Shown piece by piece: positions 1 to 12,501 of a stretch of DNA of 64,000 nt. Position 1 is the first letter of the stretch. Each line of letters starts with the position of its first letter. The stretch comes from Octopus bimaculoides (Eukaryota), in NCBI RefSeq assembly GCF_001194135.2, contig NC_068995.1:54593622-54657621 (forward strand), written 5' to 3'. The translations under genes and the position numbers were made by a program. A model generated the notes under the pieces. It was not told the origin of the DNA. It ran no database searches and worked only from the letters and a program-made list of their open reading frames with translations.

Positions 1-36
1 TATATATATATATATTTATATATATATATATGTATG

Positions 37-1204
37 TATTGATTTAGCAAGAGAGTAATTTTGTTTCTTAGTTATGCCTTTTTTGAATGACCTTTGTCAA
101 TGTTATGATTTTGTTCTTTTGACATTAGATAGCCGTTACCTTTAGCTTAATTTAGAAGCAAATTGCACGTAATGTTTACAGCTGTTAATTTAGTGTCAAT
201 TGCTAAATGCAGTGCAAAAACGAACGTTTCTTTCTATAGTTTGCCGCTGAGGCTCACTAAGAGTTAATATTCTTCATTGGTTAAATGAATTCACTTGTCA
301 GAAATGGCTTAAAGCATTCCGTTCTGCTAACTTTCACTCAAAGATGAGCAACGTTCTTGTCGACCTACTGAAATTGATAATGACTGAAACAAAGCCACAA
401 TTGAATCTCTTTGTTATATGACTATGCGAGATATTGTAGAGCGGTTAAATATGTCAAACACAATAATTGAATACCACTTAAAATATTTTGGACTCGTTAA
501 AATGCTCGATATTTTGGTTCCGCAAATAATTCACAAAAAGATCCACTTAACACAACGAATGAAATTAACCTGTTTTTGAAACAAATTATCACTGGTGACG
601 AAAAATGGATTGTCTAAAATAATATCGATCGAAAATGATCATGGTCCAAGCTTAATGAACCAGCAGAAACTACGTCGAAAGTTAAATTGCATTATAAAAC
701 GAGCATGCTGTCACTCTGGTGGCATTACAATCTGGTTGTGTATTTGGAGCTGCTTCCAACGAGCCAAACGGTCAATTCAAATGTTTATTCTCAACAAATA
801 ATGAAATCTGGAAGCAGCAATCATAGAAAAGCGGCCAGAATCGCCAAATCGTAAGGGAATGGTGCTCCACTAGGACAACGCTGGACATCACAGGTCTTTG
901 CTAACTCGTGAAAAATTATTGGAGCTTCGTTGGGAAGTGACGTTCCATTTACCATATAGCCGTGACCTTGCACCATCAAGCTATTATTTCGATGTTTGCA
1001 AAATTTTTAGAATTGGAAAACATTCAATAATGATGATAACCTTAAATCGCACTTACTTCAGTCTTTGGCTGATAAGGAACAGAAATTCTATAAGCGCGGA
1101 ATCATGAAGTGGCAAGAAAGATGGCCGAAAGTCATCTTTGTATAAAAAGAACATCTTTTCTTTCACATTAAATAACCATAATTAAAAAAAAACAATCCAA
1201 TGTA
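37..1204 (+). mobile_element. Degenerate near-full-length mariner (Tc1/mariner, DD34D) DNA transposon
   Basis: Transposase motifs run collinearly over ~900 bp. Both ends are weakly TIR-like (tattgatttagcaagagagtaatt at ~37; ataattaaaaaaaaaacaatccaat at ~1178-1202), so boundaries are approximate. Confidence 0.88.
250..1145 (+). pseudogene. Mariner transposase pseudogene with stops and frameshifts
   Basis: Manual translation across frames gives AAEAH*, TCQKWLKAFRS, LKDEQRSCRP, ITGDEKW (TGDEKW at 591-608), H*DNA (868-882), PYSRDLAPSSYYF (YSPDLAPSDY motif, 952-999) and RGIMKWQERW. The third catalytic Asp reads Ser. Confidence 0.9.
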
Positions 1205-2744
1205 TTGATGGATAGATAGAGAAATAGATAGATAGATTAATAGATAGATCGATTGATACATAGATATATAGAGAGGACGATAGATAGATGCATGTTAGAC
1301 CAAATGAAAATTTTTTTAAACGTATATATTTGAGTGTCTGTAGATTAAGTTGATTTTTGTATAATTGCATAGTGTATGTATGTGTGTGTGTTTGTGTGTT
1401 TGTCTCGTAATGCTTTTGCTTCCCTGACCTTGTGCATAAATGTAGAATTTGTAGAGGAATTAAAAATCTAAGCTCCCTGAATGGAACTCTTACCTCCTTA
1501 AAACTTAACACAAAAGTTAATTATCGACATATTGATTAGGATTTAGATATTGAACATTTTCTTCTTTCGTAGTATATTCGTCACCTGTCAATCAGTTTAA
1601 GCAAAGTTCTATTAAATAAATGCTCCAAATGACACCAATATCTTTAAACATATGAGGTGCTCGGTAAATAATTGTTATTACTGGGTAGAAATTTACTGAA
1701 TTCTCTAATCCTCATCTTGCTGGTGGAGTTATGTTTGCATCGGTGCCAGAATAGGTTCTTTAATTTAGCTAATCGGATTAATTGCTCACATGTAAATTAG
1801 AACAGACGTACACACACAAGCACACACACACACACACATATATATACACATACATATATACGTAGAAATGTATGTACACACAGACACATACACACACGTA
1901 TATATATATATATATATATATATACAGACATTTATATATGAATGAATGAGGGTATGTGAGATGGCGGCTTATAGATTGTTAGCTGTTTCCGCAGGGAGGT
2001 GGATGTGAGATGTACATTGATTCAGTTGCGTAAATACAAAAGATGACATAAAACAATCACATATGATTGAGTGCATACTTCAACGTTTATTTAGAGTAAA
2101 TGTTGAAATAGCAACGCTGGGATTTGGGAACTTATTTTTACTTGAAATACATCGGTGAGTAGAAAAGTGTGGAAAAAAAAGATCATAAGTCGTTGTTATT
2201 GCACTTTGACTTCATCCAAAGAAAATTCTATAAATTTTTGTTTTCAACACCCAAAGATGTGTCTACTCACACATACGCACACAGTATATCCTTTGTACGT
2301 ATATATGTATGTATATATGTATGAATGTATATATGTATATATGCATGAATGTATGTATGTGTGTGTATGCATGGATGTATGTATGTATGATCTAGAATGT
2401 GTGACTCTTTATCAGGACACTGTATACATTTTAAGTTAGAATTAATCAAGATCTCTTTCGTGATTCTTTTCCTAGAAAATATTGAGATATAAATTACTGT
2501 TTGCTTACAATATAAGTACAACATCAATTACTCATAAATCAGTGATTTTTATACTGTATCATGTCAATGCTCTATATCAGTAGACTTCGTTTTCTGATCA
2601 AGAGTTTTATTGAAACATATCTAAGCAATGAAACGCCGTGTTTTCATTGATACTAAATGTTTATTATTAAAGTTACTTGAGAATGAATTTCGTAGACCGA
2701 ATCTGAAATAAATCCGTTACATAAACATATGCGTGTGTGCATGT

Positions 2745-2840
2745 GTCTATGTTTGTGAGATTCCATGTGCGTGGTGCCACTCAACAACACTTGACGGCCA
2801 GTGCTGGTTTGTTTACGTCCGCTGTAACTTAGCGTTTCGT
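2745..2840 (+). mobile_element. Internal fragment of SINE family A
   Basis: cttgacggccagtgctggtttgtttacgtccgctgtaacttagcgtttcg matches the reverse complement of the body of the copies at 21660-21715 and 29755-29810. Confidence 0.55.
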
Positions 2841-4070
2841 AGAGTCACGTTATTCTAATCATTGAAATTTCAATTCTATAGACATATACATACAATGTAG
2901 GAGATATACTAATATGCAACATGGAAAGTTAGTATATTAGGGATCAGATCAAATCATACTAATAACATTCTTAAATAAATTACTGCTAAATCAATCACTG
3001 TAAAAATATATTACCAGTTTAACAACTTAAGAGGTAAAATGGAAATAAAAATATCTGTTTCACTGGATAAGATTCACGTATCTATCGCTTTCTGGAAAAT
3101 AATGTTGCAGATTGCACTACATATCATCATATGATTATAATAAATTAAAAGTGAACGTAAAACAGTGTTCACGTTGAAGGATTCACTCTCGACGCATTCG
3201 TTATTTGTTTTACAAAATTATCTCTGATGAAATCATAGTGAAACAAGTGAAACTTTATAATAAAAACACACATGATTATTTCTATGAATCATTATATTAC
3301 TAATAAAAAATTAAATAGAAAAAACATTAATGGATGCTTTTAAATACAAAAATATTAATGCATAAAATGCTATGGTGGATATTTACCCAATAGAGCGAGA
3401 AGATATCATAACGAATGAAAATAAAACTGATAGGGGAAAATAAGAACGTAATACTTTCCCTTCCGAACGAGTATTTTTTAATGTATTCTTTATAGTTTAG
3501 GGCACAGATAGTGATGTCAAAACTAAAATCAAATCCAAACAAAAAGCAAAAACGTGTTATGTTTCAAAGTAGAAAGATTATAATAGTAAAAAAAAAGAAA
3601 ATGTCTGTTATGGAGAATGGTAAAGTGTGTTGAAACATAAAAAAATTAAAGCATCTGTGATCTGCAGTGGAACATTTAGTAGAAAATCGAAGTTGGTAGA
3701 CATCAAAAGTTGAATATTACATGAATTGAATGAAAATTCGGTCGAATACTTTTTTTCTGTTTTCTTTCTCCTCTTCTAAAATCAGTTAAGCTTTGTGAAA
3801 AAAAATATCTAGTCCAGTCGTCAGAATACTATAAAAAAAATTGTAGCTGAATAGGCCTAAACGTGGTACGTATATGAATTGGCTATGAACAAGAAACGAC
3901 AAACAAAAGCAGAGACAATCACTATTTACTCTTGTTTGCTGTTTTGCTTGTTTTATTTTTTCATAATAATAGAGTTTGTAGTCAATCGTTCGAATATAGT
4001 TTCTTGAATTATTTTTGTTAGGAAATAGGTAAACGTTTCAGATTAATATGTGTAAGACTAATATGTTGAA

Positions 4071-4118
4071 AAAAATATGGAGAAAACTAGGCAAGAGAAT
4101 CGATTTCTCCATATTTTT
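4071..4118. repeat. Perfect 15-bp inverted repeat with 18-nt loop
   Basis: aaaaatatggagaaa (4071-4085) is the exact reverse complement of tttctccatattttt (4104-4118). Confidence 0.85.
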
Positions 4119-4442
4119 GCTGTATAACATGTATGTACTTATAAATTTATAACAAATTCGCCACAAAGAATATGGAAAGTTAAAACAACACACTTGCAAT
4201 ATGGAAATTTCGATGAAAAGAAATGTGAAGCATTTGATTGCAGGAAATTACATTTTCCACCCAATGCCTGACGCATCCATCCCCACCAAAATTCAGACTC
4301 AAAAGAAAGAGACAAAGCTCCGTCACTATTAATTCAAATAAATATAAATCATTCTAGATTACAGACATTACATTATGCAGAATATTCAAATATTGGTACA
4401 ACAAAATCCTCGTATGCACAACTTAAAAATTGCTGTGCTATA

Positions 4443-4484
<42 letters not shown>

Positions 4485-4524
4485 CAGAGAGAGATAGAGA
4501 GAGAGAGAGGTATATGCCCTGTTA

Positions 4525-5155
4525 TTCTTTTATCCTTTTACTTCTTTCAATCATTTAGTTGTGGCCATGCTAGAGCACCGCCTTTAGTCGAACTAACTGA
4601 CAGCAGAACTTATTTTATGTAAGTCTAGTACTTATTCTATCGGTCATTTTGCCGAAACGCTAAGTTGTCAAGAGATGGTGGGGAAACAAACAGAGACGCA
4701 CAAACATATATATATATATATATAATCATAAATATACAGGGATTAGCATTGAGTTGCTTCTCCAACATACTGAAAATTTAGAAATAACAGTCAAAGAACT
4801 ACTGATTCTAAACTACAATTTTTTCTCTAAACGGATGGCGATATTTATGGCACACATAGAACAAAAAACCGGAGGGAAAAGCATTAAGAAAACAAGTCTT
4901 TAGTTAATTGGATACGAATCGTTTCATGGTTAAGCGAAAGAAAATTTCTCTATTCCAATCTTCAGTCCAAATATTCTGATAAATTTGAAAGTGACGGGCT
5001 TCTTTCAGTTTCCCTCTACCAAATCCCCTCACTCGGCTTTGGTCGGCCTGAAGCTATAGTAGAAGTCACTTGCCCAAGATGCCACGCAGTGGGGCTGAAC
5101 CCGGAACCATGTGGTTGGAAATCAAGCTTCCTACCTGCCAGCCATGCCTGAGCCT
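4525..5155 (-). mobile_element. tRNA-derived SINE family A, interrupted by ~270 bp of unrelated sequence
   Basis: Head on the minus strand with B-box-like GGTTCAGCCCC (5091-5101). The tail (ggcggtgctctagcatggccacaactaaatgattgaaagaagtaaaag on -) is shared with the 21532, 25716 and 29627 copies. Confidence 0.85.
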
Positions 5156-5165
5156 AAATCATTAT

Positions 5166-5246
5166 TTTAGTCCTTTACTTGTTTCAGTAATTTGATTACG
5201 GCAATACTGGAACACCACCTTTATTCGAACAAATCCACCTCAGAAC
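5166..5246 (-). mobile_element. SINE family A 3' tail fragment
   Basis: tttacttgtttcagtaatttgattacggcaatactggaacaccacctttattcgaacaaatcc aligns with 21540-21610. Confidence 0.7.
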
Positions 5247-5904
5247 TTATTCTTTGGGGCGGGTTGTATACAATCGCGTATTCGTAAATTCTAGGGAAGT
5301 GGCAGGTGTGCTTTTTTTTTGTTTTGTTTTATACACAACAAATCTTCGGATTTCTAAACAAATAAATATCCATTTCTCAGTATTAGCAAGGACAATTTAT
5401 ACACGAAGGAAATAAAGTGAAAGAAATTAAGCAAGATTCAAAGAGAGGCATTTTTTGCGACCATTATATTTAGTATTTTGTTTATAAAGCGCGGGAAGAA
5501 AGACAGGTGAACATAGATAAACTTTTAGAGCCACTAATAGAGTTTAAATTGACACGTCATTTAACGTTCAGATTCTGTATTCGTTGTTGAATAAATTCTG
5601 CCATTCACTTAAGCATGCGATGCGTGATGTATAATAACATATATCAATGATCATGCAATAATTCCGCAGATTCTAGTAAGCAAAGTACACTAATAATATA
5701 AAATTTCTTAACGGAAAATAACAAAGATATATACAAGTAACAAATTCTCATAACATTCCCGCATTTTTATAGAGAGGGTAAGTCAATTACATCAACCTGC
5801 GTATTTAATAATAATTTGTGCCGGTACAAATATGATTAGTGATTTCGTTCATTGTACTAAGTACTCTGTCAGTTCAGCGACATAAATATAAACAGGGTGA
5901 TCAC

Positions 5905-5922
5905 GTTTGTTTGTGTGTGTGC

Positions 5923-5967
<45 letters not shown>

Positions 5968-6289
5968 AGAGAGATAGAGATAGAGAGAGAGAGAGAATGA
6001 AAGAGAGAGAAAGGGGATAAAAGATTTATACACAGAAAAATACACACACACAAACGTATGTGTGCGAGTACATACATACATACATATATACATACATATA
6101 TTATATATATATATTTATCTATATATATATACAAGTAGATAGATACATACGTATACACATAAATGCATTCATAAATACATACAGACAGACATGTAGCAGG
6201 AGTATGTATCCAGCACCGATTACTTGATGCAGGGTGTCTTTGGTAAAAATTCTTGCGATATAATTCTTTTCCCCCCTTTCTCTCTCTCT

Positions 6290-6334
<45 letters not shown>

Positions 6335-6530
6335 ACACACACGCACACAAACACACACACACAAACAAACGCGTTCACACTGTTTATATGTATGTCGCTG
6401 AACTGACAGAGTACTTAGTCTGTGTATATTTACGGACAGATACATATAGGTATACATATATTTACATATTTGATTGTATGTACGTACAAATGTATGTATA
6501 AATATATATGCAAAGAAAATTAAAAATCGT
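5905..6530. repeat. Compound microsatellite cluster: (GA)n, (TA)n, (TC)n, (CA)n
   Basis: Seen directly. It accounts for the SLSL/HTHT/RERE ORFs in the track. Confidence 0.95.
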
Positions 6531-7567
6531 CAATGGCAGTGTGTTTATATATAAACGGAGAATGAATCAACGTGAATACATATAAATTTTGTTATTATGA
6601 ATGATAATAATTCAATCTCGAAGGGACATCTAAACAGAAATTAAATGATTTAGAACCTATTACACCGTATGCTTGCTATGTGTCAATTTGATGTAATTTA
6701 ACATATTTTGCAAACGTACGGCCATCCATGATTCTTGGACCTGTTGACGTATCAAAAACTAAGCCATATCTGCACGAACAATTTCGTTCCAAATTTGTGG
6801 ATGATATATTAGCAAATTTGCTACGTAATTTGGAAGCTTTTCTCATAGATATGAGAATGCTGCAGACATTGAATATGTAGTGTGAACTTTTGTACAATGC
6901 ATACTCGAGTGGCAATATATATAAACTTCAAAGACGCACGAAGCAGATTATTTTGTCATATAATATAGCCGACATTGATCTATGTAAAATGATATTCCAT
7001 GTTAGCAAAACTCTATATCAGGAAGACATACGTATGTGTGTACTTCACCATTTTTGTATGCATTTTTGTACTGAATAACATACAAAATGTTTACAATTAG
7101 TTGAGATTTGCATCTTAGTAGAAAGTATAGTGGTGGTTTTTTAAAAACTTTTTCAGCTCAGAAACGCAAATTAAGATAATTGAAAGCTTTACAAAATCCA
7201 TTTTCCCAAAACTATTAATTTACATTCATTTACATAAATATTTTTAATCCGATTATTGAAGTGGAGAAATTCAGATAAATACTTTTGACTTATTTACATG
7301 GTTTCCGACATAATAGGAACTTTTACATTATATGACTAATAGCATTGAAAAGAGATCGTTTGCTTCATCCATTATGCAAATTCTATATATTTGTAAATAT
7401 GTATATACGCATCCTTCTAATATAATTTACAGTCAACTATATAAACGTTACTTAAAATAAATACTCTTTGCTTTTAAATTGCACATATCGTTATTAGACC
7501 ACGAAATTTGTACAGCTTCCAATAAAATATGTGCTTGTATATATTTATGTCACCATATACATTGCAA

Positions 7568-7908
7568 GTGAAGACTCATGGCTCAGTGGTTAGAGCACGG
7601 GCTCTCAATCATGAGGTAGTGAGTTCGATTCCCAGACTTGGCTGCGTGGTGTCCTGAGCAAAACACTTCCTCTCACGTTGCACCAGTTCACTCAGCTGTA
7701 GAAATGAGTTGCGACATTACTGATGCCAAGCTATATCGGCCTTTGCTTTTCCCTTGGATAACATCGGTGTTATAGATATCGGAAGCTGGTATATTTGAGC
7801 AAAAGCTGGTCTTCCATAAACAACCTCTCCCAGACTCTGCGTGGAACTATGTAGATGTAATCCAACGGTCATTCATTACCCAAGGGGATCTTCGACTTTA
7901 CCCCTTTA
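7568..7908 (+). mobile_element. tRNA-derived SINE family B, near full length
   Basis: A box TGGCTCAGTGG (7579-7589) and B box GAGTTCGATTCCC (7621-7633), followed by a non-tRNA body. The core gttgcaccagttcactcagctg is shared with the 10165-10395 copy. Confidence 0.85.
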
Positions 7909-8991
7909 CGTATTGCAATCTTAAATCATGGCTACATCCATACAACCTATCACAACCTCATCGCTAAATAATGTACCAGTCGAGAAAACATATATCGCCC
8001 ACTTTTTGCAAGATTCTTATATTTGTGTAAACATCATTCTGAGATTATATTGCATGAAACTTTGCAAACATTTAGAGTGACCAGTAAGAGGCACAACATT
8101 TTAGGAATGTTTAAGAAATTCAAGATATTTAAACCTACAAATGGACAAATATATATTATCAGTATTAGTCTACCTACTCAAATGTAAGCTTTAAATACGA
8201 TTCAACTGCAATGTGTTACATTCAATATTATCATATAAATGCATACGCAAAGATATGAGAAAAGGAGCTACTGCAATCCACAGATTATTGTTGAACATAT
8301 CACCGAGCTACATACACACATCAAAGCTGTCATCATTCGCTATTTCCGTTCCGTTGGCAAAAGAACCTATACATTTTTCTTCAGAAATTGTATTCTGTGT
8401 AGGAAGGCAAAGTAGTCCTTGACACTCGTTGACGTTCTTCTTTGTGTATCATCTATGGTTTCTCATTCAGTAGACAGAGACAACAACAATATCATTTGAT
8501 GTTAAAATATTTCAGACATGAAGCAACTTAACTAACTGGAATTTAGTGTTTCCTTTGGTTGGGAAACATTTGTGATCTTCATATATTCGTTTTGACTACT
8601 TGGTTGTTAAAATTATTATTTTAATACAATTAAGAAATTAGTAGATTACAAATATAAGTTTATCATAACATCGATAAAGTATCCAAAATAGGTAGATGAA
8701 AACCAATGAAAGGAGAAGGTGTAAGAGACGAATAGAAGTGCATTACGAAATAACCACTTTGTGTTGAAAATATATTTTAAATGACGTGTATATTAATGCA
8801 GTTAACATCACGAAGCTTCCCAAGTTAATAAGTAATGACCTCAAACATCAATACGTTGGCCAGTTAATTAAACAGCTAGCTCAAGTTAATTGCTAATGCG
8901 TTCTAAATCAATGTAGAAGGAGCTTAGCAAATTCCAGGATTTATTATAGGATCTATACCTATAAACATACATACATATCTATCTATCTATC

Positions 8992-9027
<36 letters not shown>

Positions 9028-10164
9028 ATATATANNNNNNNNNNNNNNNNNNNNNNNNNNNNNNNNNNNNNNNNNNNNNNNNNNNNNNNNNNNNNNNNNN
9101 NNNNNNNNNNNNNNNNNNNNNNNNNNNNNNNNNNNNNNNNNNNNNNNNNNNNNNNNNNNNNNNNNNNNNNNNNNNNNNNNNNNNNNNNNNNNNNNNNNNN
9201 NNNNNNNNNNNNNNNNNNNNNNNNNNNNNNNNNNNNNNNNNNNNNNNNNNNNNNNNNNNNNNNNNNNNNNNNNNNNNNNNNNNNNNNNNNNNNNNNNNNN
9301 NNNNNNNNNNNNNNNNNNNNNNNNNNNNNNNNNNNNNNNNNNNNNNNNNNNNNNNNNNNNNNNNNNNNNNNNNNNNNNNNNNNNNNNNNNNNNNNNNNNN
9401 NNNNNNNNNNNNNNNNNNNNNNNNNNNNNNNNNNNNNNNNNNNNNNNNNNNNNNNNNNNNNNNNNNNNNNNNNNNNNNNNNNNNNNNNNNNNNNNNNNNN
9501 NNNNNNNNNNNNNNNNNNNNNNNNNNNNNNNNNNNNNNNNNNNNNNNNNNNNNNNNNNNNNNNNNNNNNNNNNNNNNNNNNNNNNNNNNNNNNNNNNNNN
9601 NNNNNNNNNNNNNNNNNNNNNNNNNNNNNNNNNNNNNNNNNNNNNNNNNNNNNNNNNNNNNNNNNNNNNNNNNNNNNNNNNNNNNNNNNNNNNNNNNNNN
9701 NNNNNNNNNNNNNNNNNNNNNNNNNNNNNNNNNNNNNNNNNNNNNNNNNNNNNNNNNNNNNNNNNNNNNNNNNNNNNNNNNNNNNNNNNNNNNNNNNNNN
9801 NNNNNNNNNNNNNNNNNNNNNNTTATAGATTTTTGCACAAATAGACTTGCATACACATTGATACGTCTTTCTTCTTATCATTTTCCCCGTTTACAACTTG
9901 TTTGTTTAACTTTCCCTATTACCACATCTGTTTTTCCTTATTGAATTTTATCAATATCCTTTTGATGTTCTTCTTAGAATTCCACTCTTTTTTTTTATAT
10001 AAACCAACACGTTTGATTTGGAGGAGTAAGGTGTTTCAAAAACTTGTGCTAAGAACGAATGCACTTTTCAGCAAAGTATATATAATATTGTTGGTTACCA
10101 GCATTGATATATAATAACCGTTTCTAAGTAAAGTAAGTAGTAAAAAAAAAAATCAGATATCTGT

Positions 10165-10395
10165 CCCGTCCTATAGGTTCAAAAGGCCGCCCGCCTTTTG
10201 AGCCAGTAGCGTTGGCATATATATATATATTCCCCGGGGACAGGACGACGGACTGTTGTTCGGTTACTTATAAATGCCAACTGAGTGAACTGGAGCAACC
10301 TTCTCAAGAACAAAACAAAATGCCCGCTCCAGGAATCGAAACCACAATATTATGATTAGGAGGGCTACCCACGGACTACTAAGGCACGAGCCTAC
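10165..10395 (-). mobile_element. tRNA-derived SINE sharing the family B core
   Basis: On the minus strand: B box GGTTTCGATTCC (10332-10343) and core gttgctccagttcactcagttg (10278-10299). Confidence 0.7.
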
Positions 10396-12465
10396 ACATA
10401 TATTAATAATTCCGAAGGAGACATGACACGAATACTGTTAGAAATTCACCTTATATTAAATATTAAAAAAGTGTATGATTTGAAAACTTTTAGCACTAAT
10501 TATACACAAAACTGGTCTGCTTCAACGGTTCTTTGACTCCTATCAAACACACACAAAAAAAAAAACAACCAAAAAGCCGATCTAAAATTCTCTCACCTGC
10601 ATCGCTATCAGGAAATGAATTACTGAACAGTATATTAGCCTGTGGTACAGGACAACACTGCAGCAGATGTTTCTACTATCTATTTTGGGATATATCATTA
10701 CATTTATTAATTTTCAGCTGTTCGATATAAACTTACATTGAGATAAATGCTAACACGTTTATTTTATTATTTCTTGTGTCCAATTATATCTACCTGCTAA
10801 AGTTAGTATTCTGTAATTCTGTTCATACAAACCTGTAGTGTTATCGTCTGACTTCATTTTCCTGAAGATCTCTATTCGATGTTCAGGAAGTATCGCAATT
10901 CTTGGAAATGAAGGAACTTGCAACGACTGGCGGCTTTGCGATTTTGAATGTAACGCTCCAAGAAAAAGGAAATTTCAGCGCTATATGTAGAAATGTAGCA
11001 ACTTCACGACGTGTTTTATATTACACTTTTATATATGATAGGCAAAATGTTATATGAATTAGGAAACGGGACCTTACCGATTCACGAAGATTAACATTTC
11101 TACGGATTACTATAACATCTAGTATCTTCTATAGCACCAGTAATTGTTCATTCTGTGAAACGTAAATTTCTCTTCGATAAAGAATTAATGATGTGAAAAG
11201 CTATCATGAATGAAATTCTCACAGAATATTTAAATACATAATAACATAAACGGTGTAAATAAAATACAGATCAGATCATACATAACTGGAATCACCAAAT
11301 GTACACAGAATAAAGAACTAATTCTTTTATTATATACTGCCGAGGTTATAAAATGAATGAATATTTTGTATCGATTTCGAAACAGTTGTTCCCAAATAGG
11401 AGTATGTTTATGAAGATATTTAATGAAACGTGTCCCGTAAACATATAATATTCATCCAATGAAACACATCGTTACCAGAAAATCATAGAGAAATATGATT
11501 CTGGTTTAGCAATAGGAATTATACGAATACAATGAAATAAACCAGTGTCTTCATATTTCAATGTATTAATATAACCATGTAAAAGGAGATATTGTCGGCG
11601 TTGTATTAACAATTATTTTAATTAATGGAAATAGCATGGCATGAATGATATTTCCTTAATTAATAATGCATGAACATAAATAAAGCAGATGGTAGCATGA
11701 AAGAAATTATTAGATCCTTTACAACACTGTAATAGAAATTCGAAATGAATTGTCGGAGTCAAATAGAGTCTAATTCTTGAATATATTTAAGAAAAGCATA
11801 ATACTCTGCGAGCAAATGCTTCCGCAAAGCAAATGGAAGTGAATAATATATATCAATCTATGTCTGTTGCAAAGAACAACAATATGTGTGTGCCGTAAGA
11901 GAAGCATTTAAAAAAAAAAAACAGAAATTCAGTAAATATGGAAACTACATAATGTTCATTTTAATAGTTTAATAGGAAATAAATAAGACTATCTAGCGAG
12001 AGCCATTCAGTGAAATGAGAAAAGGTTAAAAATGAACATGGCATTTACTCATCGGCGTTATATAATGGACAAATCAATTGTATTGTGTGCTCTATTAAAT
12101 CAATTAAATCCACCTGTGCCTATTGATACCAAATCAATATTAAATGTCATTCTGAGATTTGTTTTCAAATAATTTTTCTAAATTCTCTCAAGCTACAAAC
12201 ATGAATGCAATAATGATAGATCTTTAGTAAAAAATTAATAAAACAGAAAGAAAAACAATGAAATTATTGTCATTTATATACACAAAATTAGACCTTCCAT
12301 TCAAGTATATGTAGAATATATTATGTTAATTTGAATGTGACCATCATGATTTCAGCTCTTGACGTCATCCAGATTTATACATCCGAAATTCATGCGTAGG
12401 TGCAGACATACATATACCGCATTATAAATATGCATACACACACGCAGAATGTTAGCTGTATACAC

Positions 12466-12501
<36 letters not shown>

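Noticed and set aside
3223-3255. CTGATGA...GAAAC hammerhead-like spacing
   Set aside because: The intervening aatcatagt cannot form stem II and no stem I is present.
10880-11060. Frame reading FAILNVTLQEKGNFSAICRN, reminiscent of an Ig strand
   Set aside because: The Cys is out of register with the D-x-G-x-Y-x-C motif and there is no good donor site.
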